IMG/VR virus record: IMGVR_UViG_3300036770_008730
Strand: one strand, 5' to 3'
Source: a virus
Lineage: Duplodnaviria > Caudoviricetes
DNA: 64,000 bases
In this document: positions 46,430 through 55,220 of the stretch, piece after piece
How the letters are laid out: each line of letters begins with the position of its first letter
Position numbering within the stretch: position 1 is the stretch's first letter
The notes under the pieces: generated by a model
What the model saw: the letters and a program-made list of their open reading frames with translations, nothing else
Database searches by the model: none
What the model was told of the DNA's origin: nothing
Position numbers and translations under genes: made by a program

Positions 46430-48595
46430 ATGAAACCGGTTCTAATCGTAGAAAATTCAACTTCTTCTCTTCTCAGAGAGAATAATAGTGGCAGAAAAGA
46501 TTATGTGTTAGGTGGTACTTTTACAGAGTTTGGTGTTAAAAACCGTAACGAAAGAGTATATACAGCAGATAAATTTCTTCCAGCATTAGATGAACTTAAT
46601 GAGAGAATGAAAACGCTTGGTGCAGTTTACGGAGAATTCGATCATCCAGATGTTTTTGATACATCTTTATCAAGAGCATCACACGTTATCACAAAGGCAG
46701 AATACTTAAAAGAATCCAATAAAGTTACTGGTGAAATCAGACTACTTAGTACATATTGGGGTAAAGAAGCTAAGTCTTTGGTAGATGATGGATGTCCTGT
46801 CTTCGTATCTTCAAGAGCGGCTGGTGTTACAGAGTCTGATGGTTCTGTTTCTCTAAAAAAATTGTTCACATATGACATCGTTGCTGACCCAGGTTTTGCT
46901 TCTGCAAAAATGAGTGTTAAAAGTCTTAACGAGTCACTTGGATACAACCCAAAATCTAACTTTAGGATATATGAAATGTCCGATGAGTCCAAAATAAATG
47001 AACTATTCAATATGAATAAAGATGAATTTGTAACAAAAAAACAATTAACTGATTACTCTAAATATTTAGTTAATGAATTAGCTTCTACAAAGAAAGAAGT
47101 TAAGAGTGCAATTTCAAAAGGGAATATGAATCCTAAGAAATTGGAGCAGTTACTTGAATACTACGAAGAATTAAATAAGACAAACGGTCAAGTTGTTAAA
47201 TACTTAGACTATTTGGCTGAGAAAGTACAAGTAATGGTAAATGAAAACAAGTCTTTAAAAGCGACTACTGATAAACTTATTAAACACAATGATTATTTAG
47301 CAGAGAATTTAGAAAAAGCGGTAAACTATTCTGAATACTTAGCAGAAAATCTTGACAAAAACATTGAGTATTCTGAATACTTAGCAGAAAACTTAGATAG
47401 AAATATTTCTTATTCTGAGTATATCGCTGAAAATTTAGATAAAAACATTTCTTATTCTGAATACTTAGCAGAAAACTTAGATAAGAATATTGCTTACTCT
47501 GAGTATATCGCAGAAAACTTAGATAAGAATATCGCTTATTCTGAGTATATCGCAGAAAACTTAGACAAAAACATTGGATATTCTGAATATTTAGCTGAGC
47601 ATGTTGACAATTCAATTGCTTATTCTGAATATTTAGCTGAGCATGTTGAAGGTAACATCGCTTACTCTGAATACATTGCTGAACATTTAGATGATAACAT
47701 TGCTTATTCTGAGTATATCGCAGAAAATCTTGATAAATCAATTTCTTATCAGTCACTAATTACTGAAAAATTAAATGGTACAAGATTAAACGAAAATAAT
47801 GATCATGACGCTTTACCTGGAGTAAATGTTGTTGGTATTGAAAATGTTGAAGATGCTGACAATGATGATAATTGTGGACCAGTTAAAAATAATGATGGAG
47901 ACGATGATGATGCTGACTTAGCTGGTATCAGTCATGGTAATCCAGAAAATAAATGGAATAAAGAAAATAATGATGGAGACGGTGATGCTGATGGAGATGC
48001 TGATGCTGATGCTGATGGAGACGGAGCTTATGGACATGATGGTGCACATAACAACGCTCACTTAGAAGGTAACTCTGATTCTGAATTATCAAAATCTATT
48101 AATAAATTAATTGAAGAAGCTAAAAAACGTAAAGTTTCTGAAACAACTGACTTGAATTTCTTAAAGTTCTTAAACAAGTCACAAGTTGATAGCTTTTATG
48201 CACTTACAGAGAGTGAACAAGAAACTGTTAAACTTCACATAAACGAAAGAAGTTATTTCACACAAAAAGAAGTATTGTCTCTAATTGCAGAAGCTTTGTC
48301 TACAAAGAATGAATCTATCGAAGAAAGAGTAATCAGATTGATGCCTGAAAACATTAAGCCAATCTGGAATCAGTTAAATGAGTCTTCTAAAAAATCAGTG
48401 CTTTCACAAGCTAGATTATATCCAGAAGATGTATTAAAAACTGAAAATCAAGTTGAACATTTCTGGTTAACCAGAAATCTCAAAAAAAATGAGTCTGTAA
48501 CTAAAAAGTTAGTAGCACACGAAAGTTTAATACAAGAAGATAAACTTTCAGATAAAGATGTGAAAGCTATTATGGAAAGATTCAAAACAATTTAA
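46430..48595 (+). CDS. gp21: Prohead protease (gp21-like) fused to a scaffold (gp22-like) region
   Basis: GVKNRNERVY, GEFDHP, VSSRAAG, TYDIVADPGFASA; then coiled coil, 14-aa repeats and acidic linker. Confidence 0.88.
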   Translation: MKPVLIVENSTSSLLRENNSGRKDYVLGGTFTEFGVKNRNERVYTADKFLPALDELNERMKTLGAVYGEFDHPDVFDTSLSRASHVITKAEYLKESNKVTGEIRLLSTYWGKEAKSLVDDGCPVFVSSRAAGVTESDGSVSLKKLFTYDIVADPGFASAKMSVKSLNESLGYNPKSNFRIYEMSDESKINELFNMNKDEFVTKKQLTDYSKYLVNELASTKKEVKSAISKGNMNPKKLEQLLEYYEELNKTNGQVVKYLDYLAEKVQVMVNENKSLKATTDKLIKHNDYLAENLEKAVNYSEYLAENLDKNIEYSEYLAENLDRNISYSEYIAENLDKNISYSEYLAENLDKNIAYSEYIAENLDKNIAYSEYIAENLDKNIGYSEYLAEHVDNSIAYSEYLAEHVEGNIAYSEYIAEHLDDNIAYSEYIAENLDKSISYQSLITEKLNGTRLNENNDHDALPGVNVVGIENVEDADNDDNCGPVKNNDGDDDDADLAGISHGNPENKWNKENNDGDGDADGDADADADGDGAYGHDGAHNNAHLEGNSDSELSKSINKLIEEAKKRKVSETTDLNFLKFLNKSQVDSFYALTESEQETVKLHINERSYFTQKEVLSLIAEALSTKNESIEERVIRLMPENIKPIWNQLNESSKKSVLSQARLYPEDVLKTENQVEHFWLTRNLKKNESVTKKLVAHESLIQEDKLSDKDVKAIMERFKTI
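47327..47746 (+). repeat. Ten tandem 42-bp repeats encoding YSEY(L/I)AExxxxxxx
   Basis: Units counted from 47327 to 47746 with exact 42-bp period. Confidence 0.92.
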
Positions 48596-48599
48596 TCTA

Positions 48600-48647
48600 T
48601 AAAAAATCCACCTTAGTAAAAATAAGACTTTCAGGTGATAATATATA
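48600..48647 (+). promoter_or_regulatory. TAAAAAATCCACC box plus TAATATATA upstream of the major capsid gene
   Basis: Identical 13-mer to 46356-46368. Confidence 0.6.
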
Positions 48648-48673
48648 GATAACAAAAAAAAATAAAAAACAAT

Positions 48674-50368
48674 ATGTCACACATTAGAATAGACAAACAA
48701 AAAGCAGTTAAGAAATGGGCTCCAGTGTTGGAGAACATGGGTGTAACTGGTGAGAGAGTTGACTGGATGGCTGAATACGCTGAGTTCCACTCAATTAATG
48801 AAAATGCATACGTAAACGCTTCTAACGTAGCGGGTATGGGTGCTGTTTTTAATCCAACTGTAGGTACATTAGCTGGTAGCCCAACATTAGGTGGAGCACT
48901 TGCTGGTTCTGGAGATGTAGGTCAAAACTTACTTCCTGTAGCTATGAAAATTGCAGCTCAAACAATCGGTTTAGATTTAGTAGCTGTAAAACCTTCTCCA
49001 GGTCCAAAAATTGACTTACTTTATATCGATTTCCGTTATGACGATACTCGTGAAGGTAACTTAGATGAGAGACCACAAGTTTTCAAATTTAATCAAACTA
49101 CTTGGTTATCTGCTATTCAAGCAGCAATCAGAGCTGATTTAACTGTTGCTGGTGGTGCTCCTGCTGCTATTAGCGAATCAACTGGTGGTTTATCAAACGG
49201 TAGAGTATGGTATAATATCAATGATGGTAGTGTAACTTATACTGATCCAGGTTCTGGTTCAAAAGCTAACTTAGTTGAGTTCTTAGGTTTCTCTCGTATT
49301 GATGGTTATCCAATGTTCAGAGCTTACAGACAAAATAATACAGCTCATACAGCTACTAACCCAGCTGGTGGTTCTACATTATGGTCATTTGATGCTACTA
49401 GAAATACATTCAATGCAACACAGTCAATGACTGATCAAATCGTATTAATCGCTGGTGTTACTGCTTCGGGTGGTGCTGTTGAATTAGTATCTGCTCTTGA
49501 AGATCATATCCCAGGTTTCTCTGCAAACTGGACATCTGCATCTTCTGGAAGTGCTGCTGGTTCTTATCCAATGTCTCGTCAAGATGATGATGATACATAT
49601 GCAGGTGTTATTGGTCCTAAGATTTCTTCTAAAACTATCGCAGTTGGTACTATTGAAGTATCTTCAGCTTTAAGAAGAACTGAAATCGAAGATATCAAAG
49701 CTAACACAGGTATGGATATCGTTCAAAAAATGGAATCTATCTTAGTTAATGAATTATCTCAAACAATCTCTAAGCAAATTGTTGCTAAGATTTTTGAAAT
49801 GGGTGCGTTAAACAGATCTACTGCTCCTTTAAGAAGTGGTGCATCTATCTTTGACTTAGATACAAATTATGCATATGGTGCTTCTAGTCCGGGTGGTGAA
49901 ACTACACACGCGGTTCAACGTAAGTTAATCACTAAGATTGCTCACGCTTCTAACTATATCGCAACTGAAGGTCGTGTTGGTCCTGCTCAATACCTTATCA
50001 CAAACGGGGGTCTTGCAGCTGCTTTATCTGATATTGCTGGTTATACAATTAACCCTTTAAAATCTAAAATGAATACACAAGGTCAACTTTACCCAGTTGG
50101 TTCAATCGGTGATATTTCAATTTATGTTGACCCATATATGAAGTACAACGATAACAGAATCGTTTTAGGTCGTAAAAATAATCCTGACCAACCAGGTATC
50201 ATTTTCGTTCCTTACTTAATGGCTCAGTCTATTTCGGTTATCTCTGAAGCTACATTCGCTCCAAGAATGTTGTTAAGAAGCCGTTACGCTGTAGCAGAAG
50301 TAGGTTGGTTCCCACAAAAACAGTTCATGCAAATCAATGTAACTGATGGACAAGGATTTCTTAACTAA
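48674..50368 (+). CDS. gp23: Major capsid protein (T4 gp23-like)
   Basis: KKWAPVLE, LLPVAMKIAAQTIGLDLVAVKP, VYVDPY-like segment, FVPYLM, PRMLLRSRYAV. Confidence 0.92.
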   Translation: MSHIRIDKQKAVKKWAPVLENMGVTGERVDWMAEYAEFHSINENAYVNASNVAGMGAVFNPTVGTLAGSPTLGGALAGSGDVGQNLLPVAMKIAAQTIGLDLVAVKPSPGPKIDLLYIDFRYDDTREGNLDERPQVFKFNQTTWLSAIQAAIRADLTVAGGAPAAISESTGGLSNGRVWYNINDGSVTYTDPGSGSKANLVEFLGFSRIDGYPMFRAYRQNNTAHTATNPAGGSTLWSFDATRNTFNATQSMTDQIVLIAGVTASGGAVELVSALEDHIPGFSANWTSASSGSAAGSYPMSRQDDDDTYAGVIGPKISSKTIAVGTIEVSSALRRTEIEDIKANTGMDIVQKMESILVNELSQTISKQIVAKIFEMGALNRSTAPLRSGASIFDLDTNYAYGASSPGGETTHAVQRKLITKIAHASNYIATEGRVGPAQYLITNGGLAAALSDIAGYTINPLKSKMNTQGQLYPVGSIGDISIYVDPYMKYNDNRIVLGRKNNPDQPGIIFVPYLMAQSISVISEATFAPRMLLRSRYAVAEVGWFPQKQFMQINVTDGQGFLN

Positions 50369-50380
50369 TTCTTAATAATC

Positions 50381-50417
50381 AAAAGAAAAAGACCCTTAAT
50401 GGGTCTTTTTTCTTTTT
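50381..50417 (+). terminator. Strong terminator after the capsid gene
   Basis: aaaagaaaaagaccc-ttaat-gggtcttttttctttt. Confidence 0.85.
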
Positions 50418-50435
50418 AAAATTAATATATACTCT

Positions 50436-50852
50436 ATGAAGTATATCAAATATTTTGAAGGTAAAAAAGATAAATTTCCTAATCTTAAAAAGATTGAAAA
50501 GGATGAATTTGTAATATATGTAGGTGGTGATGCTAAATCTAATGACTATCTCACCTTCAATATGGCTAATGATGATGATATTTGGTTACATGCTATGGGT
50601 CTTCCAGGAAGTCATGTTGTTATCAAAATTAAAAGTTCCCAGAATATACAAGAAAAAACTTTACCTACAGATGTAGTCTTAAGATTTGCAGCTGAGTTGG
50701 CTAAAAAACACAGTAAAGCGCCTAAAGATCAACCCTGTGATGTTAGATGGTGCCAAAGAAAGTTTGTCTATAAAACACCAAATATGAATACAGGTGAAGT
50801 TGGAATAGAAAAGCAAATAGAAATGGATCCTACCAAAAAGATTACAATTTAA
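50436..50852 (+). CDS. Stand-alone NFACT RNA-binding (NFACT-R/DUF814) domain protein
   Basis: VGGDAKSNDYLT...DIWLHAMGLPGSHVVI...AAELAKKHSK...VRWCQRKFVYK. Confidence 0.85.
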   Translation: MKYIKYFEGKKDKFPNLKKIEKDEFVIYVGGDAKSNDYLTFNMANDDDIWLHAMGLPGSHVVIKIKSSQNIQEKTLPTDVVLRFAAELAKKHSKAPKDQPCDVRWCQRKFVYKTPNMNTGEVGIEKQIEMDPTKKITI

Positions 50853-50871
50853 TTTAATATATACTATTATT

Positions 50872-52212
50872 ATGGCTGAAATTAAACCCATCTTCACAGA
50901 AGAATTACAAAAAATTCTAAAAGAATTAGAATCAGAAAATAACTATGTTGCTTTTGAGTTGATGTGGATGTCTGAACCAGATTCTAAATTTCATAACGGA
51001 TTAAGAATATCAAAAGTAGATGTTTCTAAGCAGGATTATTGCTTTGATGTTACTATTGATGGTAAAACACATCCAATGAAAATTGGAAAGTTTATAAGAT
51101 ACTTTTTAGCTAATATTATAAAGGATAATGAGGCTGTTGAATTTTCAAAACTTTATAATAATCTTAAAAAAGGTGAAAAGATACAATCCGGAACTCCTAT
51201 TACTATTGATAAGTTTTCTTACAATCCAAGAGATGTTAAAGCAACTTTTCTTTCTTTGGTTACAAAAACTTATCCTCATGGACATGAAGAAGAAGTATTA
51301 CAATTTTTACCGGGACTTAAAAAAGATCAATTTGGTAACTACTATAAAATAATAGGTAATATACAACCTCAAACTATGTTTACCTCGCATTTAGACACCG
51401 CAGATAGACAGCAAAAAGTTACAAAACTTTTTTCTATGGTTGAAGATGGTGAAGAATATATTTATACTGATGAAAGTACTATATTAGGCGCTGATGATAA
51501 GTCTGGTGTTGTGGTGATGTTATATATGATGACATATAATATACCAGGTCTTTATTATTTCTTTATTGGTGAAGAAAGAGGTGGAATCGGTTCTAATGCA
51601 TTGGCTTCTATTTTTGACCAAATTGATTATTTGAAGAATGTCAAAAGATGTATATCTTTTGATAGAAGAAACTATCACTCTGTTATCACAAGTCAATTAG
51701 GAAGAACTTGTTGTTCTAATGAGTTTGGAAATGCACTTTGTGATGAATATAATAGAAATGGATTAAGTTTATCTTTAGATAATACAGGTATTTACACAGA
51801 TTCTGCATCTTTTATGGATGATATTAGAGAATGTACTAATATATCTGTTGGTTATTTTAATGAACATACTGGAAAAGAATATCAAAATATAACTTACTTA
51901 AAGAATCTTTGTGAAGCTTCTGTTAAGGTTAATTGGAATTCTTTGCCTTCTGTTAGAAAGGCTGGATTAAATGAGGAAGTTATGAAAAAACACAGATTGC
52001 TTATCCAAGATATAAAAAAATCTGTTTTTGACTTAGAAACAAAAATAGTTGGTGAAGAAGGTAGAGTGTTTATCAGAGTTGATTTAGATGAGACTGACGT
52101 TGACGCTATTTCCAATGGCTTAAACATGGTTGATAGTATTCTTACTAAACATAAAATTAACAACAATGATGTAGTATTTACCAATACTTACATGAAAATA
52201 GAATTAAGATAA
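50872..52212 (+). CDS. M20/M28-family metallopeptidase with N-terminal phage module
   Basis: SHLDT, LGADDKSG, GEERG, SFDRR, YTDS, SVGYFNEHT metal ligands. Confidence 0.8.
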   Translation: MAEIKPIFTEELQKILKELESENNYVAFELMWMSEPDSKFHNGLRISKVDVSKQDYCFDVTIDGKTHPMKIGKFIRYFLANIIKDNEAVEFSKLYNNLKKGEKIQSGTPITIDKFSYNPRDVKATFLSLVTKTYPHGHEEEVLQFLPGLKKDQFGNYYKIIGNIQPQTMFTSHLDTADRQQKVTKLFSMVEDGEEYIYTDESTILGADDKSGVVVMLYMMTYNIPGLYYFFIGEERGGIGSNALASIFDQIDYLKNVKRCISFDRRNYHSVITSQLGRTCCSNEFGNALCDEYNRNGLSLSLDNTGIYTDSASFMDDIRECTNISVGYFNEHTGKEYQNITYLKNLCEASVKVNWNSLPSVRKAGLNEEVMKKHRLLIQDIKKSVFDLETKIVGEEGRVFIRVDLDETDVDAISNGLNMVDSILTKHKINNNDVVFTNTYMKIELR

Positions 52213-52213
52213 T

Positions 52214-52684
52214 ATGAATCTAAAAAAGTTTAATCAATTTGAAAAATACGAAAGTCCTTGGGATGAAGAAGATGAGTCATATTATAACGATGATCAATAT
52301 CTTTTTGGAAGACCATATCATTCAAATAAAGACAAAGGCAAATCTGAAGAAGAAGAGGAGGAAGATGAGTATGAAGATATAGATGATGATCAGAATGAGG
52401 ATATTCAACACTTGATGGATTTATTGAGAACCTATTTTGAAAACCAAGGTGTAGAAGTAGATATAGAAAATAAAGGATTAGATATCACAATATCAACTTA
52501 TCTTAATAAAGTAGAGAAATTAAAAAATATCATTAAAGTTTTTAACATAGTTAAAAAAGTTAAAAAAGATATTTTACCACAATATGAATCTGAGTTTGAA
52601 CTATGGGAAACAAAGGATAAAAGTCCTGTGCTTTATTTTAGTTTTTACTATGAAGGTGATTTCGATGATGAAAAACCATTCTAA
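52214..52684 (+). CDS. Acidic putative internal head protein
   Basis: MNLKKFNQFEKYE start; poly-E/D tract. Confidence 0.7.
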   Translation: MNLKKFNQFEKYESPWDEEDESYYNDDQYLFGRPYHSNKDKGKSEEEEEEDEYEDIDDDQNEDIQHLMDLLRTYFENQGVEVDIENKGLDITISTYLNKVEKLKNIIKVFNIVKKVKKDILPQYESEFELWETKDKSPVLYFSFYYEGDFDDEKPF

Positions 52685-52705
52685 ACTTTTCTTAATTTTT
52701 TAATA

Positions 52706-52714
52706 TTATATATA
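52706..52714 (+). promoter_or_regulatory. Late-type promoter TTATATATA of the tmRNA
   Basis: Ends 4 nt before tmRNA G1 at 52719. Confidence 0.65.
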
Positions 52715-52718
52715 CTTT

Positions 52719-53094
52719 GGGGAAGTGATAGAATAGATTCGCAGAGTGAGATCAATTATGCAGACATCGGTTGGTAAAATATCCGATTAATAAATTAGGT
52801 TACATCTGTCTTAAATGGCAAAACAAATGAAGTAGGAACCCGTGAAGATTTAGTAGCGGCTCTACAAAACAACCTGTTCTTGGTAGAAGAACTAGAGACA
52901 GCTTAACAAAGCATCTCTAAAAAATTCTCCAACTGAATCACAACAGTTCATAAAATAGTGAAACCTGAGTTGTTAGAATGGCGGGTAATTCAACTAACTA
53001 TTTTGTGAGTTTAGAAAAACTTTCTAAGTCTGTGAATGAATAGTTTATTTTAACTGAGGAAGACACCAGGGGCGGTTCCTGGTCTTCTCCACCA
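52719..53094 (+). ncRNA. ssrA: tmRNA
   Basis: 5' GGGGAAG pairs with CTTCTCC-A-CCA giving the G3.U70 Ala identity pair; T-arm ACCAGG-GGCGGTT-CCTGGT; PK1-like atcgg/ccgat; tag frame 52817-52906 with its stop in an H5-like hairpin; encoded CCA. Confidence 0.9.
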
Positions 53095-53098
53095 CATT

Positions 53099-53124
53099 AA
53101 AAGTCCACTTTGGTGGACTTTTTT
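53099..53124 (+). terminator. Terminator after the tmRNA
   Basis: aaaagtccac-tttg-gtggactttttt. Confidence 0.88.
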
Positions 53125-53145
53125 AGTTTAAAACATATAAATTAA

Positions 53146-53628
53146 ATGATAGATAAATTTGACGGTAAATACCGATTCTTAAGTAACTTTTATCCCTGTA
53201 AAATAGAACATCAGGGAATCACTTATCCAAGTGTGGAACATTATTATGTTGCAATGAAAGTCAATGATGAACAACTTATTAATGGTAAATATTACACTCC
53301 TGGTGATTTTAGAGAAATGATAAGTAGAGTAAAAGAAGCTGCCTTAGTTAAAAAAATTGGAAATAAAATTAAATTAAGATCTGACTGGGATAATAAAAAG
53401 TTAGATGTAATGAATTGGGCAATTAGAGAAAAATTCAAAGATGAGAATCTGAAGGAATTGTTACTTGGTACCGGTGATCAGGAACTTATTGAGGGAAATT
53501 TTTGGAAGGACTTTTTCTGGGGAGTTTGTAACGGTAGGGGCCAAAATCATTTAGGTAAAATCTTAATGATAGTTAGAGATGAGATAAGAGGAATCAAAAA
53601 GACTGGATTGGAAGAGTTTCTTAAATAG
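53146..53628 (+). CDS. NADAR (YbiA-like) protein
   Basis: FLSNFYP, SVEHYY.AMK, LRSDWD, ELIEGN.WKDFFWG, GQNHLGKILM. Confidence 0.92.
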   Translation: MIDKFDGKYRFLSNFYPCKIEHQGITYPSVEHYYVAMKVNDEQLINGKYYTPGDFREMISRVKEAALVKKIGNKIKLRSDWDNKKLDVMNWAIREKFKDENLKELLLGTGDQELIEGNFWKDFFWGVCNGRGQNHLGKILMIVRDEIRGIKKTGLEEFLK

Positions 53629-53677
53629 AAACTTTATTACTATTGTATGATATAAATAAAAATTAAAATTAAATAAA

Positions 53678-54622
53678 ATGGCGGCAATAAGTTATTTTGG
53701 AGGCAAAAGCTCAAATGTATTCATAGAATTCATTAATAAAAAAATACCTAAAACAGGAATAAAGACCTATTTAGAACCATTCTCTGGTTCAATGGGAACA
53801 TATATGGATGATGATAATCTTAAGTTTGATATTGTTATCTATAATGATAAAAATCGCCACCAGGTTAACCTATATAAGTGTTGTTCACAACCTGATAAGT
53901 TCTTACCTTATTTAGATAATCTAAAAAAGACATTATTATATACAACAGAAACAGATCCATTGAAAAAATGGGACTTCTACAAAAAAATTTATAAAGATTA
54001 TCAAAAGAATAATTTCCTAGATGATATGAATTTTGAAATTGGTGATTTTGAGAAAGCTTCAATTTATGCTTTTCTTATCACATCTGCTCATAATTCTGTT
54101 TATCCTCGTGGTGCGGGATTCAATGGGTATAAAAAAGATAAAGATAAACTTAAATTAGAAGTCCTTATTGATAAATTAAAGAAGAATAAATATACTTCAA
54201 AACTTCAGTCTATTACTGATTTCTTTAATGAAGATTTTGAATCTCTTATTAAGAGATATGATTCGGAAGATACTTACATATATTTAGATCCTCCGTATGC
54301 TAGATTTGATGATAAAAAGGGAGAAGATGATGCTAAAAGATTATTCTGGTATGGCGCTGATGCTGATGGTGTATTTGGACCAGCTTCTCATAGAAGACTT
54401 TTGGAGTTAATTAAAACAACAAAATCTCGTTGGTCACTTTCTTATTATTATTTTCCTTTATTGGAAGAATTATTACCGAAAGACAAATATATTTGGACTG
54501 AAAAAGAGGTATTTAGAAGTTCTGCTCAAGGTGGTAATAATGCTGATACCAAAAAAGAACAATCCAAAGGTGTTGAACTTTTAATTTTGAATTATGATCC
54601 ACAGACCGGTAAAAAATTATAA
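53678..54622 (+). CDS. dam: D12-class N6-adenine DNA methyltransferase
   Basis: YFGGKS, EPFSGS, YLDPPY, ELLILNY. Confidence 0.88.
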   Translation: MAAISYFGGKSSNVFIEFINKKIPKTGIKTYLEPFSGSMGTYMDDDNLKFDIVIYNDKNRHQVNLYKCCSQPDKFLPYLDNLKKTLLYTTETDPLKKWDFYKKIYKDYQKNNFLDDMNFEIGDFEKASIYAFLITSAHNSVYPRGAGFNGYKKDKDKLKLEVLIDKLKKNKYTSKLQSITDFFNEDFESLIKRYDSEDTYIYLDPPYARFDDKKGEDDAKRLFWYGADADGVFGPASHRRLLELIKTTKSRWSLSYYYFPLLEELLPKDKYIWTEKEVFRSSAQGGNNADTKKEQSKGVELLILNYDPQTGKKL

Positions 54623-54624
54623 TC

Positions 54625-54846
54625 ATGTCCTATAACACATTTCAAATAAATAATGGATCTGGTTCAAATTCATTGTCTGTTGATCCATCTGGTTTAGTAG
54701 TAATTTCGAATTTAGCTTTAATTGATGAAAAAACCGGTAATAAATGGTTAATTAAAATAGTTGATGGTGAATTGACTATTGTTCCAGTTGAGTTAGAAGA
54801 TAAAAGGAATTTTAAAATTAATTCATTGTTAAATGGTGGTATCTGA
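54625..54846 (+). CDS. Hypothetical protein
   Basis: 73-aa ORF coupled to dam; ends EDKRNFKINSLL. Confidence 0.55.
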   Translation: MSYNTFQINNGSGSNSLSVDPSGLVVISNLALIDEKTGNKWLIKIVDGELTIVPVELEDKRNFKINSLLNGGI

Positions 54847-55216
54847 TAAACTTGATGAAATATTTAAATTGGGATTCTGGATTACTATAAATTGGAAAGA
54901 GGAATTTGGTATTTACTATAATGCTAATGATGTTTTTCCAGCTACGGCTTACTCAATTAGAATAATGGATTGTTCTTATTATACAAGTAAAACTAATCCT
55001 TATAGTTTTGAAAAAATGATTGAGGTTTGTTGTGATATGTTTTTCAATTGGTATAACAAAAATTTAAGTGTTATTAACGATTTTGACAAAAATTATAATA
55101 AGGACTCGATGTCTAAGTTAGAAGATGTTTGTTTAGGTGATGTTACTAAAGTTGTTGCTAGAGAACTTAATTTGGAAGATGTACTTAAAGTTATTATTCG
55201 TCACTATCCAGATTAA
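54833..55216 (+). CDS. Hypothetical protein
   Basis: 127-aa ORF in the same operon. Confidence 0.6.
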   Translation: MVVSDKLDEIFKLGFWITINWKEEFGIYYNANDVFPATAYSIRIMDCSYYTSKTNPYSFEKMIEVCCDMFFNWYNKNLSVINDFDKNYNKDSMSKLEDVCLGDVTKVVARELNLEDVLKVIIRHYPD

Positions 55217-55220
55217 GAAT

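Noticed and set aside
47327-47746. 42-bp tandem array as a possible CRISPR array
   Set aside because: Units are contiguous, in frame, vary at synonymous sites and have no unique spacers; this is a coding repeat.
52684-53146. tRNA gene in the intergenic gap
   Set aside because: The acceptor and T-arms belong to a 376-nt molecule with no anticodon arm and an internal tag frame, so it is a tmRNA. No other tRNA-like cloverleaf was seen in the window.
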